Shown: positions 36,568 through 46,609, counted from the first letter of the stretch. The stretch: 60,715 bases of DNA from an uncultured virus (IMG/VR IMGVR_UViG_3300025598_000045) (IMGVR_UViG_3300025598_000045), one strand, 5' to 3'. The notes: generated by a model not told the origin, from the sequence alone. Numbers and translations are program-made.

Positions 36568-37554
36568 TTAAAAGACATACTCCCCCCTAAATGTGGGTCT
36601 GCCCCGCACCATTTCTGCCAATTCCGGTGGCATGAGAAAACCATCCTCGTCAAATGACAAAACCACAAACCCGGGGCAAACACGGGTCGGTGCGCCCTCG
36701 GTATACTCAAAAGCTGGAGAAAGCGGGTCACCTAGCATTCCGGTCTCAACGCCGTAATGGGAGCCGTTACGGTTGCGGACTGCGGTAATCTGAAGCTGGT
36801 GGGTGTGGTTGGTCACAATGCTGACACCTGAATGCAAAGCGTTGTTCCAGCCAGTGTGAATGCCGCCCCTAAACCGGTGACGTATCTCCACATTGTTAAT
36901 GACGGTAGCCCAACAAAATTTCCAATTTGGGAAACGGTCTTTAATGGAGCCGGTGTATTCTTCCAACTCGGATGCGTTGTTGGCAAGGTAATTGTCAAAG
37001 CGTATATCATGGTTGCCCATTGTCCAAATCTGTTCTGGCGCGTTGGGTAACATCTTGAGGCACTTGTGTGCCATCTCAAGTTCTTCTGACACACTAGGAG
37101 CTTTGGCACCAAAGAATTTGCCATGGCGTGACACACGCGCTCCATCCAGTATGTCACCGTTTAACACTATGGCATCTGGTTTAAGTTTTTTGGCAATCTT
37201 GCAAAAGGCTTTCCACATAATAGGTGGTTCGCCGGGCCAAAAGTGCGCGTCACCACCAATGATAACAGTCCTGATTGGTGTTTCTGGGTTGTAAAATTGC
37301 GGCACAGTCCAAGTGGCTGGCGCGTCCATATAAATTATTCTGTTATTGCCGTGGTGTTTAGGAACTTCTTTTAAGTCAATAAGAAGCCCGGGGTATCTTA
37401 TCTTTGCCGCCTTCATCTGCGTTTGGGCTGTTGTTCGGGGTATATTTAAGTGCCTTGCTGTTGCTGATACGTTTTTGCATGAATTGAATACTTTAATAAA
37501 ATTAAGCAGGTATTCATCAGAGTGTTTCATTTTCACTAGGCTCCGTTGCGTCAC
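36568..37554 (-). CDS. Calcineurin-like metallophosphoesterase with N-terminal HTH
   Basis: GDAH, NGDILD, GNHD, NHTH; SATARHLNIPRTT HTH; start may be MKHSDE at 37530. Confidence 0.85.
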   Translation of the reverse strand: MTQRSLVKMKHSDEYLLNFIKVFNSCKNVSATARHLNIPRTTAQTQMKAAKIRYPGLLIDLKEVPKHHGNNRIIYMDAPATWTVPQFYNPETPIRTVIIGGDAHFWPGEPPIMWKAFCKIAKKLKPDAIVLNGDILDGARVSRHGKFFGAKAPSVSEELEMAHKCLKMLPNAPEQIWTMGNHDIRFDNYLANNASELEEYTGSIKDRFPNWKFCWATVINNVEIRHRFRGGIHTGWNNALHSGVSIVTNHTHQLQITAVRNRNGSHYGVETGMLGDPLSPAFEYTEGAPTRVCPGFVVLSFDEDGFLMPPELAEMVRGRPTFRGEYVF

Positions 37555-37580
37555 TGTGGATAAATAAATATTTTTATTAT

Positions 37581-37615
37581 CCCACTTGCAAGGTGGTTAT
37601 ACACTGTGTTATAAA
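37581..37615 (+). promoter_or_regulatory. Promoter of the CTTGCAAG family
   Basis: TTGCAA(37586) then TTATAAA at 37609. Confidence 0.6.
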
Positions 37616-37624
37616 CAAGTCAAG

Positions 37625-37725
37625 GGCCGCTCTGTCCCCCGACCACTGGGTTGCACTCCAGTGCCTAGCTTGGTTAACCAGTGCTAGGTTTGGATTCCGT
37701 GGCGAGTAGAAATCGGGTAATGGCA
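37625..37725 (+). ncRNA. Structured 5' leader / ncRNA candidate
   Basis: CCCGA/TCGGG closing CACTGG/CCAGTG and CCTAGC/GCTAGG hairpins. Confidence 0.45.
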
Positions 37726-37748
37726 AATTTTTATAAAGGTAAAATGAC

Positions 37749-38162
37749 ATGAGTGAATATAAACCATATGACGGCTTTGAATGGATGCAGGCAACAGAAA
37801 CAGAATTGTTGCTTAATAAAAACTATAAACTGTTAAGGCGCAACGGTGAACTTGCCAAAGACCTTGGGCAAAATAAAGCATCATTAAAACGTGCAACAGA
37901 AATGATTGAGCGTTTGTGTAATGCTTTGGCTGATTGTGACCGCCCTGACGACAGTCTTGTCAAGGAAGCGCGGATTTATTTGAGCATATTAACCTATGGC
38001 ACGGATGAACTATACAAGGTGCAAGATTACAAGGACGGCAATACCGTGCCAGATAATTTTTATAAAGAAATGAAAAAAGCAGAAGAAGATGAAATTGCAG
38101 AGTACCGGGCTACAAAATCTCGTGTAGTAAAAGAAAAAGCAAAAAAGAGAAAAAAGAAATGA
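37749..38162 (+). CDS. Hypothetical protein
   Basis: ORF after the leader; basic C-terminus. Confidence 0.6.
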   Translation: MSEYKPYDGFEWMQATETELLLNKNYKLLRRNGELAKDLGQNKASLKRATEMIERLCNALADCDRPDDSLVKEARIYLSILTYGTDELYKVQDYKDGNTVPDNFYKEMKKAEEDEIAEYRATKSRVVKEKAKKRKKK

Positions 38163-38380
38163 ACTGGCAACCAATTGAAACCGCGCCAAAAGATAAATTG
38201 GTTTTAATTTCTTATTACTGGAAAGAAGGCCAATATTTTTATGAAGAAAATGAAGAGTGGTCCATTACTCTCGGAATTTATAATGGCGGAAGATATTTAG
38301 ACGTGGCGCATTTAGACTTGCAAGAAATGGACGCTGTTTGGCAGCCGTTACCGGAGCCAATGAAAGGAAAAATAAAATGA
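38159..38380 (+). CDS. DUF551-like protein
   Basis: WQPIETAPKD...WQPLPEP. Confidence 0.75.
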   Translation: MNWQPIETAPKDKLVLISYYWKEGQYFYEENEEWSITLGIYNGGRYLDVAHLDLQEMDAVWQPLPEPMKGKIK

Positions 38381-38913
38381 TTAACAAACGTCAACTTTTG
38401 CTTGGAGCGGGGTCAGTACTGGCTGCGTCAACTCTGCCTGCCATAGCCCATAAGAATGCGGATGGAGTGGCACTGAAAACCATAGAGCATCCAAAGCCAT
38501 TCTTTGAGGTGTTATATGCTCCACTGGATAAATCATCCCCCCTACGCGACACGCCTTGTGCTGTATACCGCGAAATGAATAACAATGGCGGCCATGTAGA
38601 AATGGCATTTCTCGGTCGGTTTAATTATTGGTTTAATAAGGACGGAACCAATTTTGTGGACTTCAAGTTGATTGTGCAGGAAAAAGTTTCGGTGGCGGCA
38701 TGGCGGCCAGATGATGTCACAAGGGAACAGAAAGAAAATTTGCTTAAATATTACAAAGAAAACGGTGTGACTGTCGCGGAAATGCCAGAAGATATGTTAA
38801 AAAAACATTTGAGCAAGTTGGAGCAATATGGCCCAATGAATGCCAAAGACATTAAATACTGGGATAACTGGCTACAACATAACACAGAGTATCAAAGGTT
38901 GATGATGGCATGA
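38377..38913 (+). CDS. Putative exported protein with Tat-like signal
   Basis: MINKRQLLLGAGSVLAASTLPAIA; ATGA coupling at 38377. Confidence 0.55.
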   Translation: MINKRQLLLGAGSVLAASTLPAIAHKNADGVALKTIEHPKPFFEVLYAPLDKSSPLRDTPCAVYREMNNNGGHVEMAFLGRFNYWFNKDGTNFVDFKLIVQEKVSVAAWRPDDVTREQKENLLKYYKENGVTVAEMPEDMLKKHLSKLEQYGPMNAKDIKYWDNWLQHNTEYQRLMMA

Positions 38914-39104
38914 CACATCCACTCGGTATTCCACTTATAACGCTTGCATATCATGCGAGGCGGCAAGAAGCCAGACTAACGCTAGAGAAATGGGATGAGA
39001 TCCGTAAGCGTGAGGCGCGTGAAATGGAGTATTTAAAAACAACACGCCCGGCATTTAATCATGGGCTTTACGGCAAAGATTACGGACATAGGAACAAAAA
39101 ATGA
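38910..39104 (+). CDS. Hypothetical protein
   Basis: ATGA coupled. Confidence 0.5.
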   Translation: MTHPLGIPLITLAYHARRQEARLTLEKWDEIRKREAREMEYLKTTRPAFNHGLYGKDYGHRNKK

Positions 39105-39328
39105 ATGTATTAAATATAGAAGAACATGAAAATGGCGGCGCAACAATTGAATTTGAATGCAGCCAAGAAGAATTAGTGCATCTGGCGCGTCAAGGTCTTA
39201 AATACCTAATTGCTGACAAATGTGGTATGTTAAACAATTACAGCAAAATGAGAGACGCACTGCGGATGTATGCCGACTCCGGCTACAACACCGCTAAAAA
39301 AGTATTGGAAGAATGCAATGAGATTTAA
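39101..39328 (+). CDS. Hypothetical protein
   Basis: ATGA coupled. Confidence 0.55.
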   Translation: MNVLNIEEHENGGATIEFECSQEELVHLARQGLKYLIADKCGMLNNYSKMRDALRMYADSGYNTAKKVLEECNEI

Positions 39329-39453
39329 TTATGAAGAATACTGCCTAGCTTGGCTGGCAATGATTATTGGCACGGCTTTTGTATGGCCCGTGTTGGGGTT
39401 TTTGTGGCACATCATGTTGCACGGTGCGCCGAAATTAAAAGAGGAGTATAAAT

Positions 39454-39675
39454 ATGATTGGAATGGTTAAGAAGCGCATAAATGATTTGGAAATTGAAAA
39501 GGCAGAGTTGGAGCGTCAAATTGACACGCGCCCTACCCTGCGGGATCAGTTTGCCATGGCGGCGTTGACAGGTTTATTGCCAAAATTAAAAGATGTTACA
39601 GCCACGCAAATGGCTGCAATAGCATACCACCAAGCAGACCGTATGATGGAAGCTCGGAAACAAAAAGGTGACTGA
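39454..39675 (+). CDS. Hypothetical protein
   Basis: TLRDQFAMAALTG...AY..AD.M..AR, a recurrent phage motif. Confidence 0.65.
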   Translation: MIGMVKKRINDLEIEKAELERQIDTRPTLRDQFAMAALTGLLPKLKDVTATQMAAIAYHQADRMMEARKQKGD

Positions 39676-39866
39676 TGTGTGTAAGGCCAAGTAAAGCTAC
39701 GGCGGAACGTAAGAAAAACTTAGAATTGCGGTTATTGCTTCTGGATTCCATTCAAAAAGCGGTCAGCCGCAAACTTACGGACAAAGAATTGGACGCTCTT
39801 GTAGAGGGCGTTGAAAGGGAACTTGCTAAGATGCGTAAAAAGGAGCAGGCGGATGTCACGCCCTGA
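39675..39866 (+). CDS. Hypothetical protein
   Basis: Coupled ORF. Confidence 0.5.
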   Translation: MCVRPSKATAERKKNLELRLLLLDSIQKAVSRKLTDKELDALVEGVERELAKMRKKEQADVTP

Positions 39867-39878
39867 AGATGTTAAAGA

Positions 39879-40154
39879 TTGGGCCTTTGTAGTTGCTTTC
39901 TACATTTGGCTCATGGCTGTGTTTTATGTGATTTTCTTTTCATGAATGAAGAACAGTTGCATTATCTCGGCAATTATGGGCAGTGCAAACTTGCTAAATG
40001 CCTGTGTATTGACCATGATACTCCACGCTATGGCGGCGCTTGGGGCGGTTTAGCTTGCCCCGACTGGCAACCCATTGGCGCGGTTTCTATGGAACAAATG
40101 GTTGAATATGCTAAGAAAAACTATAAGAAAGCACAAAACACCAATGCGGCGTAA
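39879..40154 (+). CDS. Cys-rich hypothetical protein (start uncertain, possibly MNEEQ)
   Basis: C..C.C...C pattern. Confidence 0.4.
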   Translation: MGLCSCFLHLAHGCVLCDFLFMNEEQLHYLGNYGQCKLAKCLCIDHDTPRYGGAWGGLACPDWQPIGAVSMEQMVEYAKKNYKKAQNTNAA

Positions 40155-40395
40155 AAACAAAACAATCCCCACGAAAGCACACCCCTTGGTCCAGCAAATC
40201 TTTATGATGATGAATGAACAAGGGAGAACATACCAAGAACTTGCCGACAAGGCTGGGGTGAAGCCCCGCGTTTTGGAAAGGTGGCGCTTGAATGTTATGC
40301 CACAATTGCATACATTGGAGCTTGTCCTTGGCGCGTTGGGGGCAAATTTAGTAATATTTAAAGATCACGGCAAAAAAGATGAGCGGAATACTTGA
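40144..40395 (+). CDS. XRE-type HTH protein
   Basis: TYQELADKAGVKPRVLERWR..MPQLHTLE.VL.ALG. Confidence 0.75.
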   Translation: MRRKNKTIPTKAHPLVQQIFMMMNEQGRTYQELADKAGVKPRVLERWRLNVMPQLHTLELVLGALGANLVIFKDHGKKDERNT

Positions 40396-42112
40396 CCTAG
40401 ACGGTCACTCTTATGACATTGACCAAAACCTACGGGAGCTGGACAGGGCAGACTGTGAGGACAGCCTTTACACTTTTCTTAAAAACGCATGGCGCTATAT
40501 AGACTCAAGCGCATTTACAGACGGTTGGCCTATTGAGGCCGTGGCAGAACATCTCCAAGCCGTGGCAGACGGTGACATCCGCAAGCTCATTATTAACATT
40601 CCGCCCCGCTGTTCCAAATCATCTTTGACATCCGTGGCATTTCCAGCATGGGTTTGGGCTCAACCTTGGTCCGGCCCAACATCTGGCCCGGGTGTTCAGT
40701 TTCTTCACGCCTCATACGCCCAACAGCTTTCACTGCGTGATTCGGTTAAGTGCCGCCGTCTTATTGAGTCCCCTTGGTATCAGTCATTATGGGGAGAAAG
40801 GTTTAAGTTAACCGGTGACCAAAATACAAAAACCCGCTTTGACAATGATAAAAATGGGTCCCGCCTGTCAACCTCGGTGGGATCAGCTCTCACCGGTGAA
40901 GGGGGCAGCATCATTGTGGTTGACGATCCGAATGCTGCACAGGAAGCCTTTTCGGAAGCCACTATTACGGCAACCATTGAATGGTGGGACTCTGCCCTTT
41001 CAACCCGTCTTAATGACCCAAAAACTGGTGCATTCATTGTCATCCAGCAAAGATTGTCTGAAGAAGACCTTACGGGCCATATCATGTCTACGGATGAAGG
41101 CGAGTGGACGCATCTCTGCCTCCCAATGCGCTACGAATGGCAAAGGCATAGTTATTCCCGCTTTGGCGGTGTTGAATGGAATGACCCTCGTGGTTTGGAT
41201 GATGAAGGGGAGCCGTTAGTGCTTGTTGGCCCAAGCGGCGACCGCATGGCGCGGGACTTTGAAGCTCAACAAATATTAGAACAAAGAGAAAACAGCCTGC
41301 TTTGGCCGGAACGGTTTGGGGAAGAGGAAATAGTAATCTTGGAAAAACGTCTTGGCCCGTGGGGCGCAGCCGGGCAATTGCAGCAGCGGCCCGAACCAAA
41401 AGGCGGCGGTATCATTAAGCGCGAGTGGTGGTTGCCTTGGGAAGAGCAGAATTACCCCAATATGGACTATATTGTGGCCTGTTTGGACACTGCGTACACC
41501 ACAAAAACAGAAAATGACCCCTCAGCTATGACCGTTTGGGGTGTTTTTACCTCGGACACGCTGGCAACCGCGCCAACAATGGCTGCGGGGCGGCACCAAG
41601 GCCGTGTGGAAATGTATCGTCAGCACAATGAAACCAACCCACGCGCCATACTGATGAACGCTTGGCAGGGCAGATATGAACTACATGACCTTGTGGCAAA
41701 GGTGGAAGACACTTGCCGGACTATGAAAGTGGATGTGGTCCTGATTGAAAACAAAGCGGCGGGTTATTCCGTGGCGCAGGAAATGAAACGCTTGTTTGGC
41801 AACTCAAAGTTTGGCATCCAGATGTTTGACCCCAAGTCTATGGACAAACTGGCGCGGCTTTATTCCGTCCAGCATTTGTTTGCCGAGGGTTTGGTTTATG
41901 CCCCTATCCGACAGTGGGCAGAAATGGTAATAACGCAAGTTGGTCAGTTCCCTAAAGGGAAACATGACGACTTGGTGGATACTGTCAGCATGGCAATGCG
42001 CCATCTCCGTGACACGGGCGTGTTGATTCGGGGGTCTGAATGGTCTGCTGAAATGGAAGCTAATTTGGCGTTTAAAGGCAAAGGTGCCTTTGAACCGCTA
42101 TATCCGGGGTAA
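40379..42112 (+). CDS. terL: Terminase large subunit
   Basis: INIPPRCSKS, IVVDDP, IQQR, DTAY, IENKAAG, HDDLVD. Confidence 0.93.
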   Translation: MSGILDLDGHSYDIDQNLRELDRADCEDSLYTFLKNAWRYIDSSAFTDGWPIEAVAEHLQAVADGDIRKLIINIPPRCSKSSLTSVAFPAWVWAQPWSGPTSGPGVQFLHASYAQQLSLRDSVKCRRLIESPWYQSLWGERFKLTGDQNTKTRFDNDKNGSRLSTSVGSALTGEGGSIIVVDDPNAAQEAFSEATITATIEWWDSALSTRLNDPKTGAFIVIQQRLSEEDLTGHIMSTDEGEWTHLCLPMRYEWQRHSYSRFGGVEWNDPRGLDDEGEPLVLVGPSGDRMARDFEAQQILEQRENSLLWPERFGEEEIVILEKRLGPWGAAGQLQQRPEPKGGGIIKREWWLPWEEQNYPNMDYIVACLDTAYTTKTENDPSAMTVWGVFTSDTLATAPTMAAGRHQGRVEMYRQHNETNPRAILMNAWQGRYELHDLVAKVEDTCRTMKVDVVLIENKAAGYSVAQEMKRLFGNSKFGIQMFDPKSMDKLARLYSVQHLFAEGLVYAPIRQWAEMVITQVGQFPKGKHDDLVDTVSMAMRHLRDTGVLIRGSEWSAEMEANLAFKGKGAFEPLYPG

Positions 42113-42123
42113 AAGAGGGCGTT

Positions 42124-42336
42124 ATGACACCAGTTCTTGCTTCAGCTATTGTGGATGTCATTCATCCCGCAACGCCCCTTGCTTTAGGGCTGTTTAAAGT
42201 CACCGTTTGGGGCAAAGAACCTTATAATTTCACCAGAGTCTATGAAATTTCTGCCAAATCTGATAATATGGCAGCGCAGCAGGGCATTCGGCGCTTTGAA
42301 ACCGAGGCTTCACTCCTTTTTGGACAGGTGAACTAA
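42124..42336 (+). CDS. Hypothetical protein
   Basis: Between terL and portal. Confidence 0.55.
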   Translation: MTPVLASAIVDVIHPATPLALGLFKVTVWGKEPYNFTRVYEISAKSDNMAAQQGIRRFETEASLLFGQVN

Positions 42337-42337
42337 T

Positions 42338-44692
42338 ATGGCAATGACACCGGATTTAACACCCAACCTGCGGATGAACCCATTTGAGCTTGGCGAACCA
42401 GAGTCTCAGGCAGAAGATGTCATTGTTGAGGTTATTGAAAACGGCGAAACGCCAACTTTTGATTCGGATGGCAACGTCATTGAGATTAAACATGGGGATG
42501 GCTCGGTAACCATTTCCTTGGACGGCAAGCCCATTAAAGAGAACCGGAAAAAGCGTGACACCGAATCATGGTTCCGCAATTTAGCTGAAGAAATTGACGA
42601 AAATGACCTCCGTTCTATTGCAAGTGATCTTATTCGGGGCATTGAAGAAGACCTTGAGAGCCGGAAAGACTGGGTGGAAAGCCGGTCACAGGGTGTTAAG
42701 CTGCTGGGGCTCAAAATTGAGATACCGAATGTGGCTGGCGCGTCTGATGGTGCTCCGGTGGAGGGAATGAGTAAAGTCCGGCATCCATTGCTTTTGGAAG
42801 CTGTGCTTCGGTTCCAAGCTAACGCCCGTGCAGAAATGCTGCCAACGGACGGACCTGTCAAAATCCGTAATGATAACAACAACGCAAGCCTGCAAGAAGA
42901 CCAAACGGCCAATGCGTTTCAGCGTGACATGAACCATTACCTGACTGTCACAGCTTCGGAGTATTATCCTGACACTGACCGTATGCTGCTGATGCTCGGG
43001 TTTGGTGGCACGGCGTTTAAAAAGGTGTATTTCTGCCCATTGCGTGGCAGGCCGGTCTCAGAAAGCGTGGATGCAGATGATCTTATTGTCAATAATAATG
43101 CCACTGATCTCCAAAATGCTAAACGCATTACACACCGCACGTTTATGCGTCCAAGCACAGTTAAGCGCTTGCAAATCTTGGGTGTTTACAAAGATATACC
43201 TCTTTCAACCCCCAAAGCTCGTGACCTTGACAGTTACAAGCGGGAAAAGAACGCTCAACAAGGCATTTCTGACGCTGATACCCGCCCTGAAGACCGCGAC
43301 CGCGAAATTTACGAGTGCTATTGCGAGCTGGACATCCCGGGCTTTGAGCATTCTTGGAAGGGTAAAGACACTGGATTGGAAATTCCTTACCGCGTCACAA
43401 TTGACGTATCTTCCAAAGAAGTGCTTTCAATTGTCCGCAACTATGATGAAGACACTGCTCAACTTCCTGAAGCGCGGCAAAACTTCGTAAAATACACTTT
43501 TGTCCCCGGCATGGGCTTCTATGACATTGGTTTGCTTCACATTTTGGGCAATACGACCAATGCCATCACGGCTGCATGGCGCGAGCTGCTGGACGCTGGG
43601 ATGTATAACAACTTCCCCGGTTTCCTTATGGCGGACACTGGCGCACGGCAAAATACCAACATCTTCCGCGTTCCTCCCGGTGGTGGCGCATTGGTGAAGA
43701 CGGGTGGTATGCCCATTACGCAGGCTATTATGCCATTGCCATATAAGGAACCCTCTGGCGCGTTGATGAACCTTGTCAACAACATGGCTGAAACAGGGAT
43801 GCGCGTAGGCGGGACATCTGAAGCGGCTGTGACAGAGGGCAAGCAAGACGCGCCAGTAGGCACAACTCTTGCTATGATTGAGCAAGCGCAGAAGGTTCTT
43901 AACTCGGTCCATAAGCGGATGCACCAAGCACAATCACAGGAATTTACCCTTCTGGTGCGGTGCTTCCAAGAAAATCCAGAGAGCTTCTGGCAGAAAAACC
44001 GCCGTCCCTCTATGCCGTGGGATGAGCAGACATTTTTGCAGGCTCTCAATGACATTGAGCTGACCCCGCAGGCTGACCCCAACACGGCAAGTCAGACCCA
44101 GCGCCTTATGAAGGTGGCGGCTTTGAAGCAGTTGTCGGCTGCAAGCCCTGCTCTTTATGACCCGATTGCTGTTGATACTGCTGCTTTGCAAGCCCTCGGC
44201 TGGACAAACCCGAGCCAGTTCTTGGCTCCGCAGACCGGTGCGCCTCCGCCCGAGCTTATTCAGGCACAAGCTAAAATGCAGAATGAAGCCATGTCTGCAC
44301 AGTCTCGCATGTTGGATTCTCAGACACGCGCCAAACAGGGTGAGGCAGATGCCGCGCTTGCTATGGCTCGTGCTAAAGAGGTGTTGTCAAAAGCTGGCGG
44401 TGACGGTCAAAATGGTCAGCCAAGCATTCAAGACCAGATTAAGATGCAGGAAATGCAGTTGCAGCGTGAAGACATGCAGCAAAAGCAGCAGGACTCAATC
44501 TTGGATGCCATTAACCGCAAGCGTGACCGCGAGAGCCGCGAGCGTCTTGCTGCCATGAAGTTTGCTGAGGATGCCATGCAGAACCCGCAAGGTTTGGCCG
44601 TGGCACAGCATCTTGTGCCACAAGAAATGCTTAACCGGCTGGAAAATCAGGAAGAACCTTTGCACCAAAACCCGTTGCAAGAGATTAAATGA
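42338..44692 (+). CDS. Portal protein (P22-like)
   Basis: 784 aa after terL; HPLLLEAV..FQA, GTAFKKVY, Q-rich C-terminal coiled coil. Confidence 0.85.
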   Translation: MAMTPDLTPNLRMNPFELGEPESQAEDVIVEVIENGETPTFDSDGNVIEIKHGDGSVTISLDGKPIKENRKKRDTESWFRNLAEEIDENDLRSIASDLIRGIEEDLESRKDWVESRSQGVKLLGLKIEIPNVAGASDGAPVEGMSKVRHPLLLEAVLRFQANARAEMLPTDGPVKIRNDNNNASLQEDQTANAFQRDMNHYLTVTASEYYPDTDRMLLMLGFGGTAFKKVYFCPLRGRPVSESVDADDLIVNNNATDLQNAKRITHRTFMRPSTVKRLQILGVYKDIPLSTPKARDLDSYKREKNAQQGISDADTRPEDRDREIYECYCELDIPGFEHSWKGKDTGLEIPYRVTIDVSSKEVLSIVRNYDEDTAQLPEARQNFVKYTFVPGMGFYDIGLLHILGNTTNAITAAWRELLDAGMYNNFPGFLMADTGARQNTNIFRVPPGGGALVKTGGMPITQAIMPLPYKEPSGALMNLVNNMAETGMRVGGTSEAAVTEGKQDAPVGTTLAMIEQAQKVLNSVHKRMHQAQSQEFTLLVRCFQENPESFWQKNRRPSMPWDEQTFLQALNDIELTPQADPNTASQTQRLMKVAALKQLSAASPALYDPIAVDTAALQALGWTNPSQFLAPQTGAPPPELIQAQAKMQNEAMSAQSRMLDSQTRAKQGEADAALAMARAKEVLSKAGGDGQNGQPSIQDQIKMQEMQLQREDMQQKQQDSILDAINRKRDRESRERLAAMKFAEDAMQNPQGLAVAQHLVPQEMLNRLENQEEPLHQNPLQEIK

Positions 44693-44795
44693 CACTATCC
44701 GTTGCCACAAACTTATGGTAATGTCACAAAGACTTAGCCAAGCAAGTCGGTATGTTTGGCACGGTGGACGCACCGTTTAACTCCATGGAGCTACC

Positions 44796-46301
44796 ATGAA
44801 CGACATGGCAAAATCTGCCCGTGCGGCTATGAAGGCTAAGGCCAAAAAGCTGACAACGGACCCCCACGAGAAAGTTGACTCCTCAACTTGGACTCCGCCC
44901 GAGCCTTTGGAAACTGAAGTCAAGACGGGCCTTCGTCCTATCTCCCGCCGCCAGTTTAAAGCAGGTGGTAAAGTTGCGGGGAACAAAGCAAGAACCCATG
45001 CAGGCCATAAACCGCGCAAATCTGGCGGGAAAGCAATTTCCGCAAACAGCCTCATTAACCGTGACGTTAGGGAAGCCAACGAGCTGCGCGAAGGCGTTAA
45101 GCATGTTGGCGGCTTTAAGCGCGGTGGCAAAATTAAACGCGAGCACCATGCTGACGGCAATCCTGCTGGCAAAGATAATCTTGGCCGGGGTTGGTTCCAA
45201 CAAGGTATTGACCGCTTGCGTGATGCTGTCGGGCTTGATTCACCTGATTACGCGCCAAAAACAACTGGCAGAAGCTCTTACAATGAGCCATCCGCTGAAG
45301 ACCGTGCTGCATTAGCCAAGATGTCAAAAGACGCATCTGAGGGCAAAAAGCGTGGTGGCCGCGCCAAAAAGTTCCTTGGTGGGCCGATGATGCAGCCCGG
45401 CAACATGATGTCGTCTGCACCCTCCATGAACGTGGCAAATACGCAGGGTATGCCTGCAATGCCGGGCCAAGACCCGCGTCAGAACATTGTTGACAAAAAC
45501 CGCCTTAACTTTGGCATGGGGACGCAAGGCAACCCATACAAAAAGGGCGGCAAGGTAGCTCACCCTGATGAGGCTGCTGACCGTCAGCTTATCCGCAAGA
45601 TGGTAAAGCCTTCTGCCCGCACGGGGAAAAAGGAAGGTGGCGGTAAGTTCAGCGCAGAAGCTATGGAGCTTATGGACCGCGCTGCTCCTGCATTGAAAGC
45701 TCGCGCTGCTGAAGACAAATTGCGCCAAGCACGCCTTGACAATTTAGCTGACACTTCAGAGTCTTATGGCGCAAAATACACCGAGCCACATGAGTATCCG
45801 CAAATGACATATCCCGGTGCTGGCCTTAAAAAGGGCGGTCGCGCGGAACATTGTTGGGGTGGCGAAGCCAAGCCTAAAAAACGCAAAGAAGGCGGCGGTG
45901 TATTCTCTGGCCCTAGCTATCCCGGTAAAGTTCCCGGCGTTGTTCCCGGTGGGCGCATGGCACGGAAGTCCGGTGGCAAAGCTATGACAGTTAATGTCAT
46001 TGTGGCAGGAAAAGAAAAACCTGCTAGCATAATGCCACAAGGTGGAATGATGCCGCAAGGTGGCCCTCCTCCGGGTGGTCGCCCTCCAGTCTCGGTTCCT
46101 CCTCCGCAACCTTTAGGCCCTGCGGCTGGCGCACCTATGATGCCACAAATGCCACCACAACCAATGCCACAACAGCCCCCTATGGGCCGTAAGCATGGTG
46201 GCCGGGCATTCCATTCCTACAAGGATATGACTGCTGGCTCGGCTTCTGGTGAAGGCCGTCTGGAGAAATCTGACATCGCCGCTTACAAAAAGCGCAAGTA
46301 A
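44796..46301 (+). CDS. Basic low-complexity head protein with many (K/R)xGG motifs
   Basis: FKAGG, RKSGG, FKRGG, KKRGG, YKKGG, LKKGG, RKEGG, RKHGG. Confidence 0.6.
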   Translation: MNDMAKSARAAMKAKAKKLTTDPHEKVDSSTWTPPEPLETEVKTGLRPISRRQFKAGGKVAGNKARTHAGHKPRKSGGKAISANSLINRDVREANELREGVKHVGGFKRGGKIKREHHADGNPAGKDNLGRGWFQQGIDRLRDAVGLDSPDYAPKTTGRSSYNEPSAEDRAALAKMSKDASEGKKRGGRAKKFLGGPMMQPGNMMSSAPSMNVANTQGMPAMPGQDPRQNIVDKNRLNFGMGTQGNPYKKGGKVAHPDEAADRQLIRKMVKPSARTGKKEGGGKFSAEAMELMDRAAPALKARAAEDKLRQARLDNLADTSESYGAKYTEPHEYPQMTYPGAGLKKGGRAEHCWGGEAKPKKRKEGGGVFSGPSYPGKVPGVVPGGRMARKSGGKAMTVNVIVAGKEKPASIMPQGGMMPQGGPPPGGRPPVSVPPPQPLGPAAGAPMMPQMPPQPMPQQPPMGRKHGGRAFHSYKDMTAGSASGEGRLEKSDIAAYKKRK

Positions 46302-46399
46302 TACGCAACCACTCCTCACCGGGTTGTGTATGGGACGGGAGCAAGCCCCCCTTGGCTTCCGTCCCTCTAATCTCAAGGGGGAATGCCGGGGGGCAAAAT

Positions 46400-46609
46400 A
46401 TGTTAACTTACAATACGTTATTGGCTAATGAAGCAACCAAGATGATAGAAGAAGAAATTGAGCGGATTAAAGAAAATTTAACGACAGCTCACCACACAGA
46501 AAGTTTTAATTTCAACACCTACAACAAGTGGGTGGGGAAGGTAGAAGGCTTGCGCTCGGCAATACAGCTTATTGCGGAAGCCGAATCACTCGTGAATGGC
46601 AGAACTTAG
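46400..46609 (+). CDS. Hypothetical protein
   Basis: ATG at 46400 after a G-rich RBS. Confidence 0.6.
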   Translation: MLTYNTLLANEATKMIEEEIERIKENLTTAHHTESFNFNTYNKWVGKVEGLRSAIQLIAEAESLVNGRT

